Assembly (NCBI GenBank): GCA_965247095.1
Contig: OZ251997.1
Span: 4,416,001-4,480,000 of the forward strand
Direction: 5' to 3'
DNA length: 64,000 bases
Source: Candidatus Multivorans sp.
Lineage (GTDB): Bacteria > Acidobacteriota > Thermoanaerobaculia > Multivoradales > Multivoraceae
This document shows, piece by piece, positions 9,476-18,388 of the stretch; positions within the stretch are counted from its first letter, which is position 1; each line of letters opens with the position of its first letter. A model generated the notes under the pieces. The model made no database searches. It saw nothing but the letters and a program-made list of their open reading frames with translations, and was not told the origin of the DNA. The translations under genes were made by a program, and so were the position numbers.

Positions 9476-11763
9476 CGCAACCGGCACGCGCGCACGACTG
9501 CACCAGTTGCCCGGCGCATCACCTCGGCAATTTGGTCCGGCTCGGCGTCGACATGAGCAACTGGGACTACGTCGTCGCCCTGGCCGGCAATCCGAACACC
9601 GGCAAGAGCACGGTGTTCAACGCGCTCACCGGCCTGCGCCAGCACACCGGCAACTGGCCCGGCAAGACCGTGACCCGCGCCGAGGGCGGTTTCGAGTACG
9701 GCGGCGACCGCTACAAGCTGGTCGACCTGCCCGGGACCTACTCGCTGCTCTCGTCGAGTCTCGACGAGGAGGCGGCCCGCGACTTCATCCTCTTCGCGCG
9801 CCCGGACGTGACCGTGGTCGTCGTCGATGCGACGTGCCTGGAGCGGAACCTGAACCTGGCGCTCCAGGTACTGGAGATCACGGACCGCGCCGTCGTGTGC
9901 CTCAACGTGATGGACGAGGCGCGTCGCAAGGGGTTGACCGTCGATGCGCGGCGCCTGGCGCGGGATCTGGGCGTGCCGGTGGTGGCGACGGCGGCTCGCT
10001 CGGGCGAGGGGCTTGAGGAACTGAACCGGGTCGTCGCGGAAGTGGCAACGGGCGCCTATCGTTGCCGCCCGCGCCGGGTGGGCGGCCGATCTCCAGTGCT
10101 GAGCGAGGCGACCCGGCGGTTGTCCGGAGCGATTCAGGACGCGTTCCCCCTGCTGCCGAATCCGCAGTGGGTCGCGCTTCGGCTGCTCGACGGCGACCGC
10201 ACCCTTGCCGCCGCCGTGGAGAGTGGTTCCTTGGCCGAGCTGGTCGATCTGGGAGTGCGGGAGGAGGGCGGCGTTCCGGAGGTCGCCGAACCGGAGGCGA
10301 CCCAGGCGGCTGCCGTCGAGTTGGCGGAACCCTCAATCGACGCCGAACCCGTCGCCCGCGCGGCGGTACTCGAACTGGCCGGCAAACTGCGCTGGCGCGT
10401 AGGCCGGAACTTCCACCAGGCGCTGACCGAGGCGGTCTACGCCGAGGCCGCCCGCATCGCCGACCGCGCCGTCTCGCGCGACGGTGAACGCCGGCACTTC
10501 GACTTCGACGCCAGTTTCGACCGGGTGGTGACCAGCCGGGTGTTCGGCTTCCCGCTCATGCTGCTCATGCTGACGGTCGTCTTCTGGCTCACGATCGCGG
10601 GCGCCAACGTGCCGTCGTCGATGCTCGCCTCGCTCCTGATCGACACCGTGCATCCGCTGCTCAAGCAGGTGGCCGCCGCCTTCGGGCTGGTCTGGTGGCT
10701 CGACGGCCTGCTGATCGACGGCGTCTATCTGGCGACAGCCTGGGTGGTCGCCGTGATGCTGCCGCCGATGGCGATCTTCTTCCCGCTGTTCACGCTGCTC
10801 GAGGACTTCGGCTACCTGCCGCGCGTGGCGTTCAACCTCGACCGCATGTTCCACCGCGTCGGCGCTCACGGCAAGCAGTCGCTGACGATGGCCATGGGTT
10901 GGGGCTGCAACGCGGCGGCGATCATCTCGACGCGGATCATCGACAGTCCGCGCGAGCGCCTGATCGCGATCATCACGAACAACTTCTCGCTCTGTAACGG
11001 CCGCTGGCCGACCCAGATCCTGATCGCCTCGATCTTCATCGGCGGTCTCGTGCCGGCGCACATCGCGGGCGCCGTGTCCGCGCTGTCGGTGGTCGCGATC
11101 GCTGTGCTGGGCGTGCTCTTGACCTTCGCCGTGTCCTGGTTCCTGTCGCGCACCGTGCTGCGGGGCGAGGCGTCCGCGTTCTCCCTCGAACTGCCGCCGT
11201 ACCGCCCGCCGCGGGTGCTGCAGACGATCTACACCTCGATCATCGACCGCACGCTGATCGTGCTCTGGCGGGCGGTCGTGTTCGCGGCGCCGGCCGGTGC
11301 GGTCATCTGGCTGCTCAGCAACATCCGCGCCGGCGATGCGTCGCTGGCCGAGAACCTGATCGGCGCCCTGGACCCGTTCGGCTTCGCGCTCGGCCTGTCC
11401 GGGATCATCCTCGTCGCCTACATCATCGCGATACCCGCGAACGAGATCGTGATCCCGACCATCCTCATGCTGGCCGTGCTCGTCGCCGGCGTTCCGGGGG
11501 TCGGCGCAGGCGCCGGCGTCATGTTCGAGCTCGACTCCGAGGCCGCCACGGCCGGCGTCCTCAAGGCCGGCGGCTTCACGCTGCTGACCGCCGTCTGCCT
11601 GATGCTCTTCTCCCTCGTCCACAACCCCTGCTCGACCACCCTCTACACCATCTGGAGGGAGACCCGCAGCGTCCGCTGGACCGCGGTTTCAGCCCTGCTG
11701 CCCGTGGCCATGGGCTTCGTGCTCTGCTTCGCCGTTGCCCAGGTCTGGCGGGCGCTGAGCTAG
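9472..11763 (+). CDS. feoB: Ferrous iron transporter B
   Basis: [39 protein letters not shown]; ATGA-coupled to the regulator. Confidence 0.95.
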   Translation: MTQPARAHDCTSCPAHHLGNLVRLGVDMSNWDYVVALAGNPNTGKSTVFNALTGLRQHTGNWPGKTVTRAEGGFEYGGDRYKLVDLPGTYSLLSSSLDEEAARDFILFARPDVTVVVVDATCLERNLNLALQVLEITDRAVVCLNVMDEARRKGLTVDARRLARDLGVPVVATAARSGEGLEELNRVVAEVATGAYRCRPRRVGGRSPVLSEATRRLSGAIQDAFPLLPNPQWVALRLLDGDRTLAAAVESGSLAELVDLGVREEGGVPEVAEPEATQAAAVELAEPSIDAEPVARAAVLELAGKLRWRVGRNFHQALTEAVYAEAARIADRAVSRDGERRHFDFDASFDRVVTSRVFGFPLMLLMLTVVFWLTIAGANVPSSMLASLLIDTVHPLLKQVAAAFGLVWWLDGLLIDGVYLATAWVVAVMLPPMAIFFPLFTLLEDFGYLPRVAFNLDRMFHRVGAHGKQSLTMAMGWGCNAAAIISTRIIDSPRERLIAIITNNFSLCNGRWPTQILIASIFIGGLVPAHIAGAVSALSVVAIAVLGVLLTFAVSWFLSRTVLRGEASAFSLELPPYRPPRVLQTIYTSIIDRTLIVLWRAVVFAAPAGAVIWLLSNIRAGDASLAENLIGALDPFGFALGLSGIILVAYIIAIPANEIVIPTILMLAVLVAGVPGVGAGAGVMFELDSEAATAGVLKAGGFTLLTAVCLMLFSLVHNPCSTTLYTIWRETRSVRWTAVSALLPVAMGFVLCFAVAQVWRALS

Positions 11764-11790
11764 CTGCGTCGCGCGGCGTCGAACAGGACG

Positions 11791-12033
11791 CTACTTGCGC
11801 CCGTACCTGCGCTGGAACTTCTCGATCTGGCCGGCGCTGTCGACGAAGTGCTGGCGTCCCGTGTAGAAGGGGTGGGACGCGGACGAGATCTCAAGCCGGA
11901 TCTCGTAGTGCTCGACGCCGTCGATATCCCGGGTGTTCTCGCTGGTCATCGTCGACTGGGAGATGAACTCGGCGTCGGCCGAGGGGTCGATGAACACGAC
12001 CGGGTGGAGCTTCGGGTGGATATCGCTCTTCAT
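11791..12033 (-). CDS. rpmE2: 50S ribosomal protein L31 type B (no Zn-binding cysteines)
   Basis: MKSDIHP...[12 protein letters not shown]...[10 protein letters not shown]. Confidence 0.93.
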   Translation of the reverse strand: MKSDIHPKLHPVVFIDPSADAEFISQSTMTSENTRDIDGVEHYEIRLEISSASHPFYTGRQHFVDSAGQIEKFQRRYGRK

Positions 12034-12142
12034 GATGATCTCGCTCGGGTTGGGATCGGGCGGATGCGTCTTCGCGCAGAAACGCCTCCGGCGGCGGGCG
12101 ATCATAGCCGATTCGCGAGCCCGAGTGGCCTGTGGCCGCCCA

Positions 12143-12189
12143 TGCCGGCGCTTCGCGCCGGATGCGGGCAGGATGCCCGCGTTCCCAGG
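12143..12189 (-). repeat. REP family B, intact intergenic copy
   Basis: Reverse complement is identical to 49519-49565. Confidence 0.9.
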
Positions 12190-12222
12190 ATCGGAGCGAC
12201 AGGTGGTTCCCCACATAGGAGG

Positions 12223-14814
12223 TCAGACGACGATGTTGACCAGCCGGCCCGGCACCACGATGACCTTGCGCGGCGCCCTGCCGTCCATGAAGCGCCGGGC
12301 CTTGGGGGAGGCCAGAGCGAGTTCCTCCAGGGTCGCCCTGTCGGCGTCGGCGGCGACCTGGAGCACGTCGCGCTTCTTGCCCATGACCTGCACGACGATG
12401 TTGATCGTCTCGTCGACCACCAGGGCCGGATCGTAGGCCGGCCAGTCCTGGTGGCAGATCAGGCCCTCGCAACCCAGCCGCGACCACAATTCCTCGGCGA
12501 GGTGTGGAGCGAAGGGCGAGAGCACGCACAGGAAGGTCATCAGCGCCTCGCGCGGTACGCGGTCGGCGGCGGTCGCCGCGTTGACCCAGATCATCATCTG
12601 CGAGATCGCGGTGTTCATGTCGAGCGTGTCGATGTCCTCGCCGACCTTGCGTACGGTCTTGTGGAGCAGGCGATTCAGTTCGCCGGCGACTTCGGCTGCG
12701 TCGCTGCTGACCCGGGTGGCGCCGCCGCCGGTCCGCTCGTCCACGACCAGGCGCCAGGTCCGTTGCAGGAAGCGGTGTACGCCGTCGACGTCCTTGGTCT
12801 GCCAGGGTTTCTGCTGGTCGAGCGGCCCCATGAACAACTCGTGCAGCCGCAGCGTGTCGGCGCCCCAGCGCTCGATCACGTCGTCCGGGTTGGCGACGTT
12901 CAGCTTCGACTTGGACATCTTCTCGACCCGGGCTTCGAGCGCCTCGTCCGTGCCGGCGAGGAACACACGTTCGCCACGCCAGTCCACCGTGTCGGGGTGG
13001 TGGTACTTGCCGCCCTGGTCGCGGTAGCTGTAGGCCAGGATCATCCCCTGGTTGAACAGCCGGGCGAACGGTTCGGACGTCGAGACCAGCCCCGCGTCGT
13101 AGAGCACCTTCTGCCAGAAGCGGGCGTAGAGCAGGTGGAGGACCGCGTGCTCGACGCCGCCGATGTAGAGGTCGACGGGCATCCAGTATCGCTCCAGCTC
13201 GCGTGACCAGGGCGCCTCCGTGTTGTGAGGATCGATGTAGCGCAGGAAGTACCAGCAGGAGCCTGCCCACTGCGGCATCGTGTTCGTTTCGCGCCTTGCT
13301 TTGCGGCCATCCGGCAGGGTCACGACGAGCCAGTCGTCGCCGGCTCGGGCCAGCGGTGGACGCCCGTCGGCGGTGGGCTTGAACTCGTCCACTTCGGGCA
13401 GCTCGACCGGCAGGTCGTCCTGCGGCACGGGCAGGATCTCGCCGGTGGGCTCGCCGTCGTCGCCGAGCACGTGCAGCACCGGGAAGGGCTCGCCCCAGTA
13501 GCGTTGGCGCGAGAAGAGCCAGTCGCGCAGCCGGTACTCGACGCGCCGGGTGCCGTGGCCCTCAGAGGCGAGCCACTCGATCATCCGTTCCTTCGCCGCG
13601 TCGACCAGGAGGCCGTCGAGGAAGCCGCTGTTGATGGCCGGGCCGTCCTCCAGGTAGGCGTCGCCTTCCCAGCCGGCGGGCGGCGCCACCGTGCGGACGA
13701 TGGGCAGGTCGTACTCCACGGCAAAGTCCCAGTCACGCTGATCCTGGCCGGGAACGCCCATGATCGCGCCGGAGCCGTAGCTCATCAGCACGTAGTCGGC
13801 GACCCAGATCGGGATCGGCTGGCCGGTGGCGGGGTTCGTGGCGTAGGCGCCGGTGAACACGCCGGTCTTGCTCTTGGCCAGGTCGGTGCGCTGCAACTCG
13901 CTCTTGTTCGTCGCCTCGTGCACGTAGGCGTCGACCGCGGCCCGCTGATCGGCGACCGTGATCCTGGCGACCAGGGGATGTTCGGGCGCCAGCACGCAAT
14001 AGGTGGCGCCGAACAAGGTGTCGGGACGGGTCGTGAACACGGGGAAGCTGTCGTCGCTATCCGCAATCGGCATGAGGATCTCAGCGCCGTGCGACTTGCC
14101 GATCCAGTTGCGCTGCATCTCCTTGACGTACTCCGGCCAGTCGACCTGGTCGAGGTCTTCCAGCAGACGCTCGGCGTAGGCGGTGATCCGGAGCATCCAC
14201 TGCCGCATCGTCCGCCGCTCAACGGGATCGCCGGTGTCGACGTAGGCGCCGTCCTTGATCTCCTCGTTGGCGAGTACGGTGCCCAGCGCCGGGCACCACC
14301 AGACCGGCACGTCCTCCAGGTAGGCGAGGCCGCGCTTGTGGAGCTCCAGGAAGATCCACTGCGTCCAGCGGTAGTAGTCGACCGAGGACGTGTCGACTTC
14401 GCGCTCCCAGTCGTACGAGAAACCGAGGCGCTCGATCTGCCGCCTGAAGTTGGCGATGTTGCGCTGCGTGATCAGCCGCGGGTGCTCGTTCTCGCGCACC
14501 GCGGCACGCTCCGCCGGCAGGCCGAAGGCGTCCCAACCCATCGGATGGAGGACGTTGAAGCCCTCCATGCGCCGCTTGCGCGCCACCACGTCGGTCGCCG
14601 TGTAGCCCTCCGGGTGGCCGATGTGCAGCCCCGCCCCGGAGGGGTAGGGGAACATGTCGAGTACGTAGTACTTGGGCCGGCTCGCGAGGAGCTCGGGGTC
14701 GTCCGGGGTCCGGAACGCGCTCTGCTCTCGCCAGATCTGCTGCCACCTGGGCTCGATCTCGGCGGCGTCGTAGACGTGCCGGCGGGGCCTGGATTCGGGA
14801 TCCTGCGTCGTCAT
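12223..14814 (-). CDS. leuS: Leucine--tRNA ligase
   Basis: MFPYPSGAGLHIGH, KMSKS, TTRPDTLFG, DWLFSRQRYWG. Confidence 0.98.
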   Translation of the reverse strand: MTTQDPESRPRRHVYDAAEIEPRWQQIWREQSAFRTPDDPELLASRPKYYVLDMFPYPSGAGLHIGHPEGYTATDVVARKRRMEGFNVLHPMGWDAFGLPAERAAVRENEHPRLITQRNIANFRRQIERLGFSYDWEREVDTSSVDYYRWTQWIFLELHKRGLAYLEDVPVWWCPALGTVLANEEIKDGAYVDTGDPVERRTMRQWMLRITAYAERLLEDLDQVDWPEYVKEMQRNWIGKSHGAEILMPIADSDDSFPVFTTRPDTLFGATYCVLAPEHPLVARITVADQRAAVDAYVHEATNKSELQRTDLAKSKTGVFTGAYATNPATGQPIPIWVADYVLMSYGSGAIMGVPGQDQRDWDFAVEYDLPIVRTVAPPAGWEGDAYLEDGPAINSGFLDGLLVDAAKERMIEWLASEGHGTRRVEYRLRDWLFSRQRYWGEPFPVLHVLGDDGEPTGEILPVPQDDLPVELPEVDEFKPTADGRPPLARAGDDWLVVTLPDGRKARRETNTMPQWAGSCWYFLRYIDPHNTEAPWSRELERYWMPVDLYIGGVEHAVLHLLYARFWQKVLYDAGLVSTSEPFARLFNQGMILAYSYRDQGGKYHHPDTVDWRGERVFLAGTDEALEARVEKMSKSKLNVANPDDVIERWGADTLRLHELFMGPLDQQKPWQTKDVDGVHRFLQRTWRLVVDERTGGGATRVSSDAAEVAGELNRLLHKTVRKVGEDIDTLDMNTAISQMMIWVNAATAADRVPREALMTFLCVLSPFAPHLAEELWSRLGCEGLICHQDWPAYDPALVVDETINIVVQVMGKKRDVLQVAADADRATLEELALASPKARRFMDGRAPRKVIVVPGRLVNIVV

Positions 14815-14930
14815 CTCGGTGGCGCCACCCGGCAGCGGCGCGGGCGGGAAGGGCCGGAAACGCCGGCCCGGCAGCGGAGTGTACCGTCAGGCGGACCATC
14901 TCCGGCCGCTGTCCGCTACCATCCAAGCTC

Positions 14931-16067
14931 ATGGATCCATTGCACGAACAGATGACGTCCTGGCGCCGGGACTTCCACCGCCATCCCGAACTCGCGTTCG
15001 AGGAGGAAGTGACCAGCCGCAAGGTGGCCGAACTGCTCGGGTCCTTCGGCGGCATCGAGGTCCATCGCGGCCTCGCCGGTACCGGCGTGGTCGGCGTGCT
15101 CAAGTCCGGTTCGTCCGAGCGCAGCATCGCGCTCCGGGCGGACATGGACGCGCTGCCGATCGAGGAGGAGAACGAGTTCGAGCACCGCTCGCAGAACCCC
15201 GGCACGATGCACGCCTGCGGCCACGACGGCCACACCGCGATGCTGCTCGGCGCCGCGAAGTACCTCTCCTTGAACCGGTCCTTCGACGGCACCGTCTACT
15301 TCTTCTTCCAACCCGCGGAGGAGAAGGACGGGGGCGCCCGCGTGATGATCGAGGAAGGGCTGTTCGAGCAGTTTCCGGCCGAGGAGGTCTACGGCGTCCA
15401 CAACTATCCGGGCATGTCGGTAGGCAACTTCGGCCTCTGCGCCGGGCCGCTGATGGCGGCCATCGACGTGTTCGAGTTCGCCGTAACCAGCGCCGGCGGC
15501 CATGCCGCCTTCCCCCACGGCACGGTGGATCCGATCCCGGTCGCTGCCGAGATCGTGCTCGCCCTGCAGACGATCGTGGCCCGCAACGTCGACCCGCTGA
15601 AGAACGCGGTGGTGTCCGTGACCCGCGTCCACGGCGGTCACGCGGACAACGTGATCCCGAGCCGCGTCGTCCACGGCGGCTGCGTCCGTACCTTCGCGCC
15701 CGAGGTGCAGAAGTTGATCGAACGGCGCATGCGCCAGATCGGCCGCGGCATCTGCAGCGCCCACGGCGCCGGCTTCGAACTCGAGTACCGCCGCTACTAC
15801 CCGGCCACCGTGAACGCCGTCGAACAGACCGAGAAGGCCGCCAACGCCGCCCGCGAGGTCGGCCGCGACGTGATCACCGACATGACCCCGGTCATGGGCT
15901 CCGAAGACTTCGCCTTCATGCTCCAGCAACGCCCCGGCGCCTTCATGTTCCTCGGCAACGGCGACAGCGCCGGCCTCCACACCCCCCGCTACGACTTCAA
16001 CGACGAAATCCTCCCACTCGGCCTCCGCTACTGGACCACCTTGGTCGAGACCCAACTCTCGGCCTGA
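14931..16067 (+). CDS. M20 family amidohydrolase (hippurate hydrolase-like)
   Basis: HPELAFEE, LRADMDALP, MHACGHDGHT, FQPAEE, GSEDF. Confidence 0.93.
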   Translation: MDPLHEQMTSWRRDFHRHPELAFEEEVTSRKVAELLGSFGGIEVHRGLAGTGVVGVLKSGSSERSIALRADMDALPIEEENEFEHRSQNPGTMHACGHDGHTAMLLGAAKYLSLNRSFDGTVYFFFQPAEEKDGGARVMIEEGLFEQFPAEEVYGVHNYPGMSVGNFGLCAGPLMAAIDVFEFAVTSAGGHAAFPHGTVDPIPVAAEIVLALQTIVARNVDPLKNAVVSVTRVHGGHADNVIPSRVVHGGCVRTFAPEVQKLIERRMRQIGRGICSAHGAGFELEYRRYYPATVNAVEQTEKAANAAREVGRDVITDMTPVMGSEDFAFMLQQRPGAFMFLGNGDSAGLHTPRYDFNDEILPLGLRYWTTLVETQLSA

Positions 16068-16129
16068 TTGCGGCTGTGCGGCTGACGCACGCCCGGCGGC
16101 TTTGCGGGTTCCACCCGCCGCCGGCGCCG

Positions 16130-17047
16130 CTACGCGCAGTTGCAGAGTTCGATGAAGAAGGCGCGGACGGTGTCGATGAACTCGGGGGAGGTCAGGGTGT
16201 TGAGGTGGTTCGCGCCTTCGATGACGTGGAGGCGGTGCTCCTGCATGACGCCGACCAGGGCGTCGGCGTTGGGCTTCAGGGGATCGTCGCTGCCGATGAT
16301 GTTGAGGGTGGGGACCTGGTTGATGCGCAGGAGTTCGGCGCTCAGGTCGAGCGCGGGCATGCCGCGCACCACGGCGGCCAGGGCCAGCGGGTCGTTCGAG
16401 GCGACCATCGCCTGACCGATCGCCTGAACCTGCTCTGATGTCGGCGGTTCGTCCCCGGGCCACAGGAACTCGATCAGCGGACCTCCGCCCTTGCCCGCCT
16501 CGAGCGACGAGGCCAGCGCCCCGTACAGATCGTCGTCGCGCAGTTCGGCGCTCGGCCACCCGGCGCCGCCGACCACCGCGGAGAGCAGCCGATCGGGCGC
16601 CAGGGCGATGAGCTTCATCGTGATGAAACCGCCCATCGAGTAACCGACGACGTTCGCCTGCTGCAGCCTCATGTGGTCGAGCAGATCGACGACATCCAGG
16701 GCCATGCGCTCGCCGTAGTTCGTCGGGTCGTGCGGCTTGTCGCTCTTGCCGTGGCCGCGCTGGTCGACGGCGATGACCTGAAACTCCTCGGCCAGGCGGT
16801 CGATGATGCCGGCGGCGCCCCAATTCGAGGCGGCGGTGCCGGTGATGCCGTGCAGCAGCACCACCGGGTCGCCGCGGCCCTGGACCTGGTAGTGGATGGC
16901 GACGCCGTCGCTGGCCGTGAAGGTCTGGGTTGTCGCCTCGCTCTGGGCGTAGGCGGCGGTGAACGCGGCGAGCGCGAGCAGCGTTGCCAGGACGGCGCGG
17001 CACATCGGCCGGAACATCGGCCGGAGATTCGTCGTACTCGTATTCAT
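16130..17047 (-). CDS. Secreted alpha/beta hydrolase
   Basis: Signal peptide, LLHG, DQRGHGKS, GYSMGG; GGAGG RBS before ATG at 17047. Confidence 0.88.
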   Translation of the reverse strand: MNTSTTNLRPMFRPMCRAVLATLLALAAFTAAYAQSEATTQTFTASDGVAIHYQVQGRGDPVVLLHGITGTAASNWGAAGIIDRLAEEFQVIAVDQRGHGKSDKPHDPTNYGERMALDVVDLLDHMRLQQANVVGYSMGGFITMKLIALAPDRLLSAVVGGAGWPSAELRDDDLYGALASSLEAGKGGGPLIEFLWPGDEPPTSEQVQAIGQAMVASNDPLALAAVVRGMPALDLSAELLRINQVPTLNIIGSDDPLKPNADALVGVMQEHRLHVIEGANHLNTLTSPEFIDTVRAFFIELCNCA

Positions 17048-17154
17048 GGAGGTCCTCCGAGGTTGGCGAAGGCTAGCAAGCCACCGGTGGAAGCGCTCGC
17101 TCCGATAGGCTCGTTTCCGTCGAGCCCCTGTGACCAACGCCGGAGGAGTCGCTG

Positions 17155-17619
17155 ATGAGCGCAACGAACACGGAACAGACGGAGCAGGAGTCGAAGTCCC
17201 GGTCGCTGGTGGACTCGGCCGTGGAGACGGCGCACAAGGTCGCGCTCGCCGGCGTCGGTGTCGCGGGCGAGGCGGCCGATGCGGGGGTCAAGGTCTTCGA
17301 CCGGCTGGTCGAGCGCGGCGAGAAGATCGAGGCGCAGGGGAAGGTGTCTCTCGATGCACTACGGGTCAAGGCCGAGGAGCGCGTCGGGCAGGTGCGCACC
17401 GTGGCCGGAGAGCGGTTCGAGAAGACCCGGGCCCGGGCCAGGTCCGGGATTGACGAGCAGTTGGAGCGCCGGCTGGAGAAGATCGGGGTGCCCGGCAAGG
17501 CTGACTTCCAAGCGGTGGTCGAGCGGCTGAGCGCGATCGAGGCGCGCCTCGAGGCGCTGGAGAAGAAGCCGAAGCCGCGGCGGCGGACGGCGAAGAAGGC
17601 GCCGGCGAAGGCCGAGTAG
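17155..17619 (+). CDS. Phasin-family (PhaF/PhaI-like) protein
   Basis: LAGVG....G.KVFDRLVERGE, coiled coil, basic AKKAPAK tail. Confidence 0.75.
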   Translation: MSATNTEQTEQESKSRSLVDSAVETAHKVALAGVGVAGEAADAGVKVFDRLVERGEKIEAQGKVSLDALRVKAEERVGQVRTVAGERFEKTRARARSGIDEQLERRLEKIGVPGKADFQAVVERLSAIEARLEALEKKPKPRRRTAKKAPAKAE

Positions 17620-17697
17620 CCGGTCCGTCTTCGATCTCAGCGTCCACTCAGGTTGACGCTGCACACTCAAAGCTCGCTTCGAGGAGGCTGAGTGACG

Positions 17698-18351
17698 ATG
17701 AAGACAGTGAGGAGTTCCCGGGCTTGGATTCCGGCAATGCTGATCGTAGTGTGGTCTCACGCGGCCCCGGGCCTGGCAGAAGACGGCAGGTTCGATCTGG
17801 GCTTCCGTACGGACATTGGTCTGGGTACCGGCCATCCTTCCAACGACATTCCGGGGTACAGCCTGTTCGGTCACTACGGGCTCAACGAGCGCTGGAACAT
17901 CGGCTTCGGCCTGGATCACTCGCCGGCATTCGACTTTGAACGAACACCCGGCGTTCTGGGACTGGAGACGCCGGAAGTGATCGACGCCAAGGGTGCGTCC
18001 ACGACGTTCTCAGGCTGGCTGGAACGCGTCTACGCGCGCCCTGAAGGTCGCATCGAGTGGTTCTGGAATGTCGGCCTGGGGTTCAGTTCGGTCGACATGA
18101 AGGACGTGGCGGGACCCGTAGTGGGAGGAGGCGCCTTCGACATCGCGACAGACGCCGGAAGCGAGTTTCTGGCCATGGTCGGCGTGGGTGTGAGGTTCTG
18201 GTTCGGCGACAGTTGGGGGTTCGAGTTCGCGATTCACCATGATCGGCATTTTGCGGACTGGAAGCTGACGGATCGAGTCTCAGGCAGGACCGGAACGGTC
18301 TCCGACTACGAAGTGAACACGATCAACGTAGGTTTCCTGAAGAGGTTCTGA
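17698..18351 (+). CDS. Outer-membrane beta-barrel protein
   Basis: Signal peptide, amphipathic beta strands, C-terminal Phe. Confidence 0.65.
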   Translation: MKTVRSSRAWIPAMLIVVWSHAAPGLAEDGRFDLGFRTDIGLGTGHPSNDIPGYSLFGHYGLNERWNIGFGLDHSPAFDFERTPGVLGLETPEVIDAKGASTTFSGWLERVYARPEGRIEWFWNVGLGFSSVDMKDVAGPVVGGGAFDIATDAGSEFLAMVGVGVRFWFGDSWGFEFAIHHDRHFADWKLTDRVSGRTGTVSDYEVNTINVGFLKRF

Positions 18352-18388
18352 ACCCGGGCTCTTGGGGCCACGCGGACGACCTGCCGGG

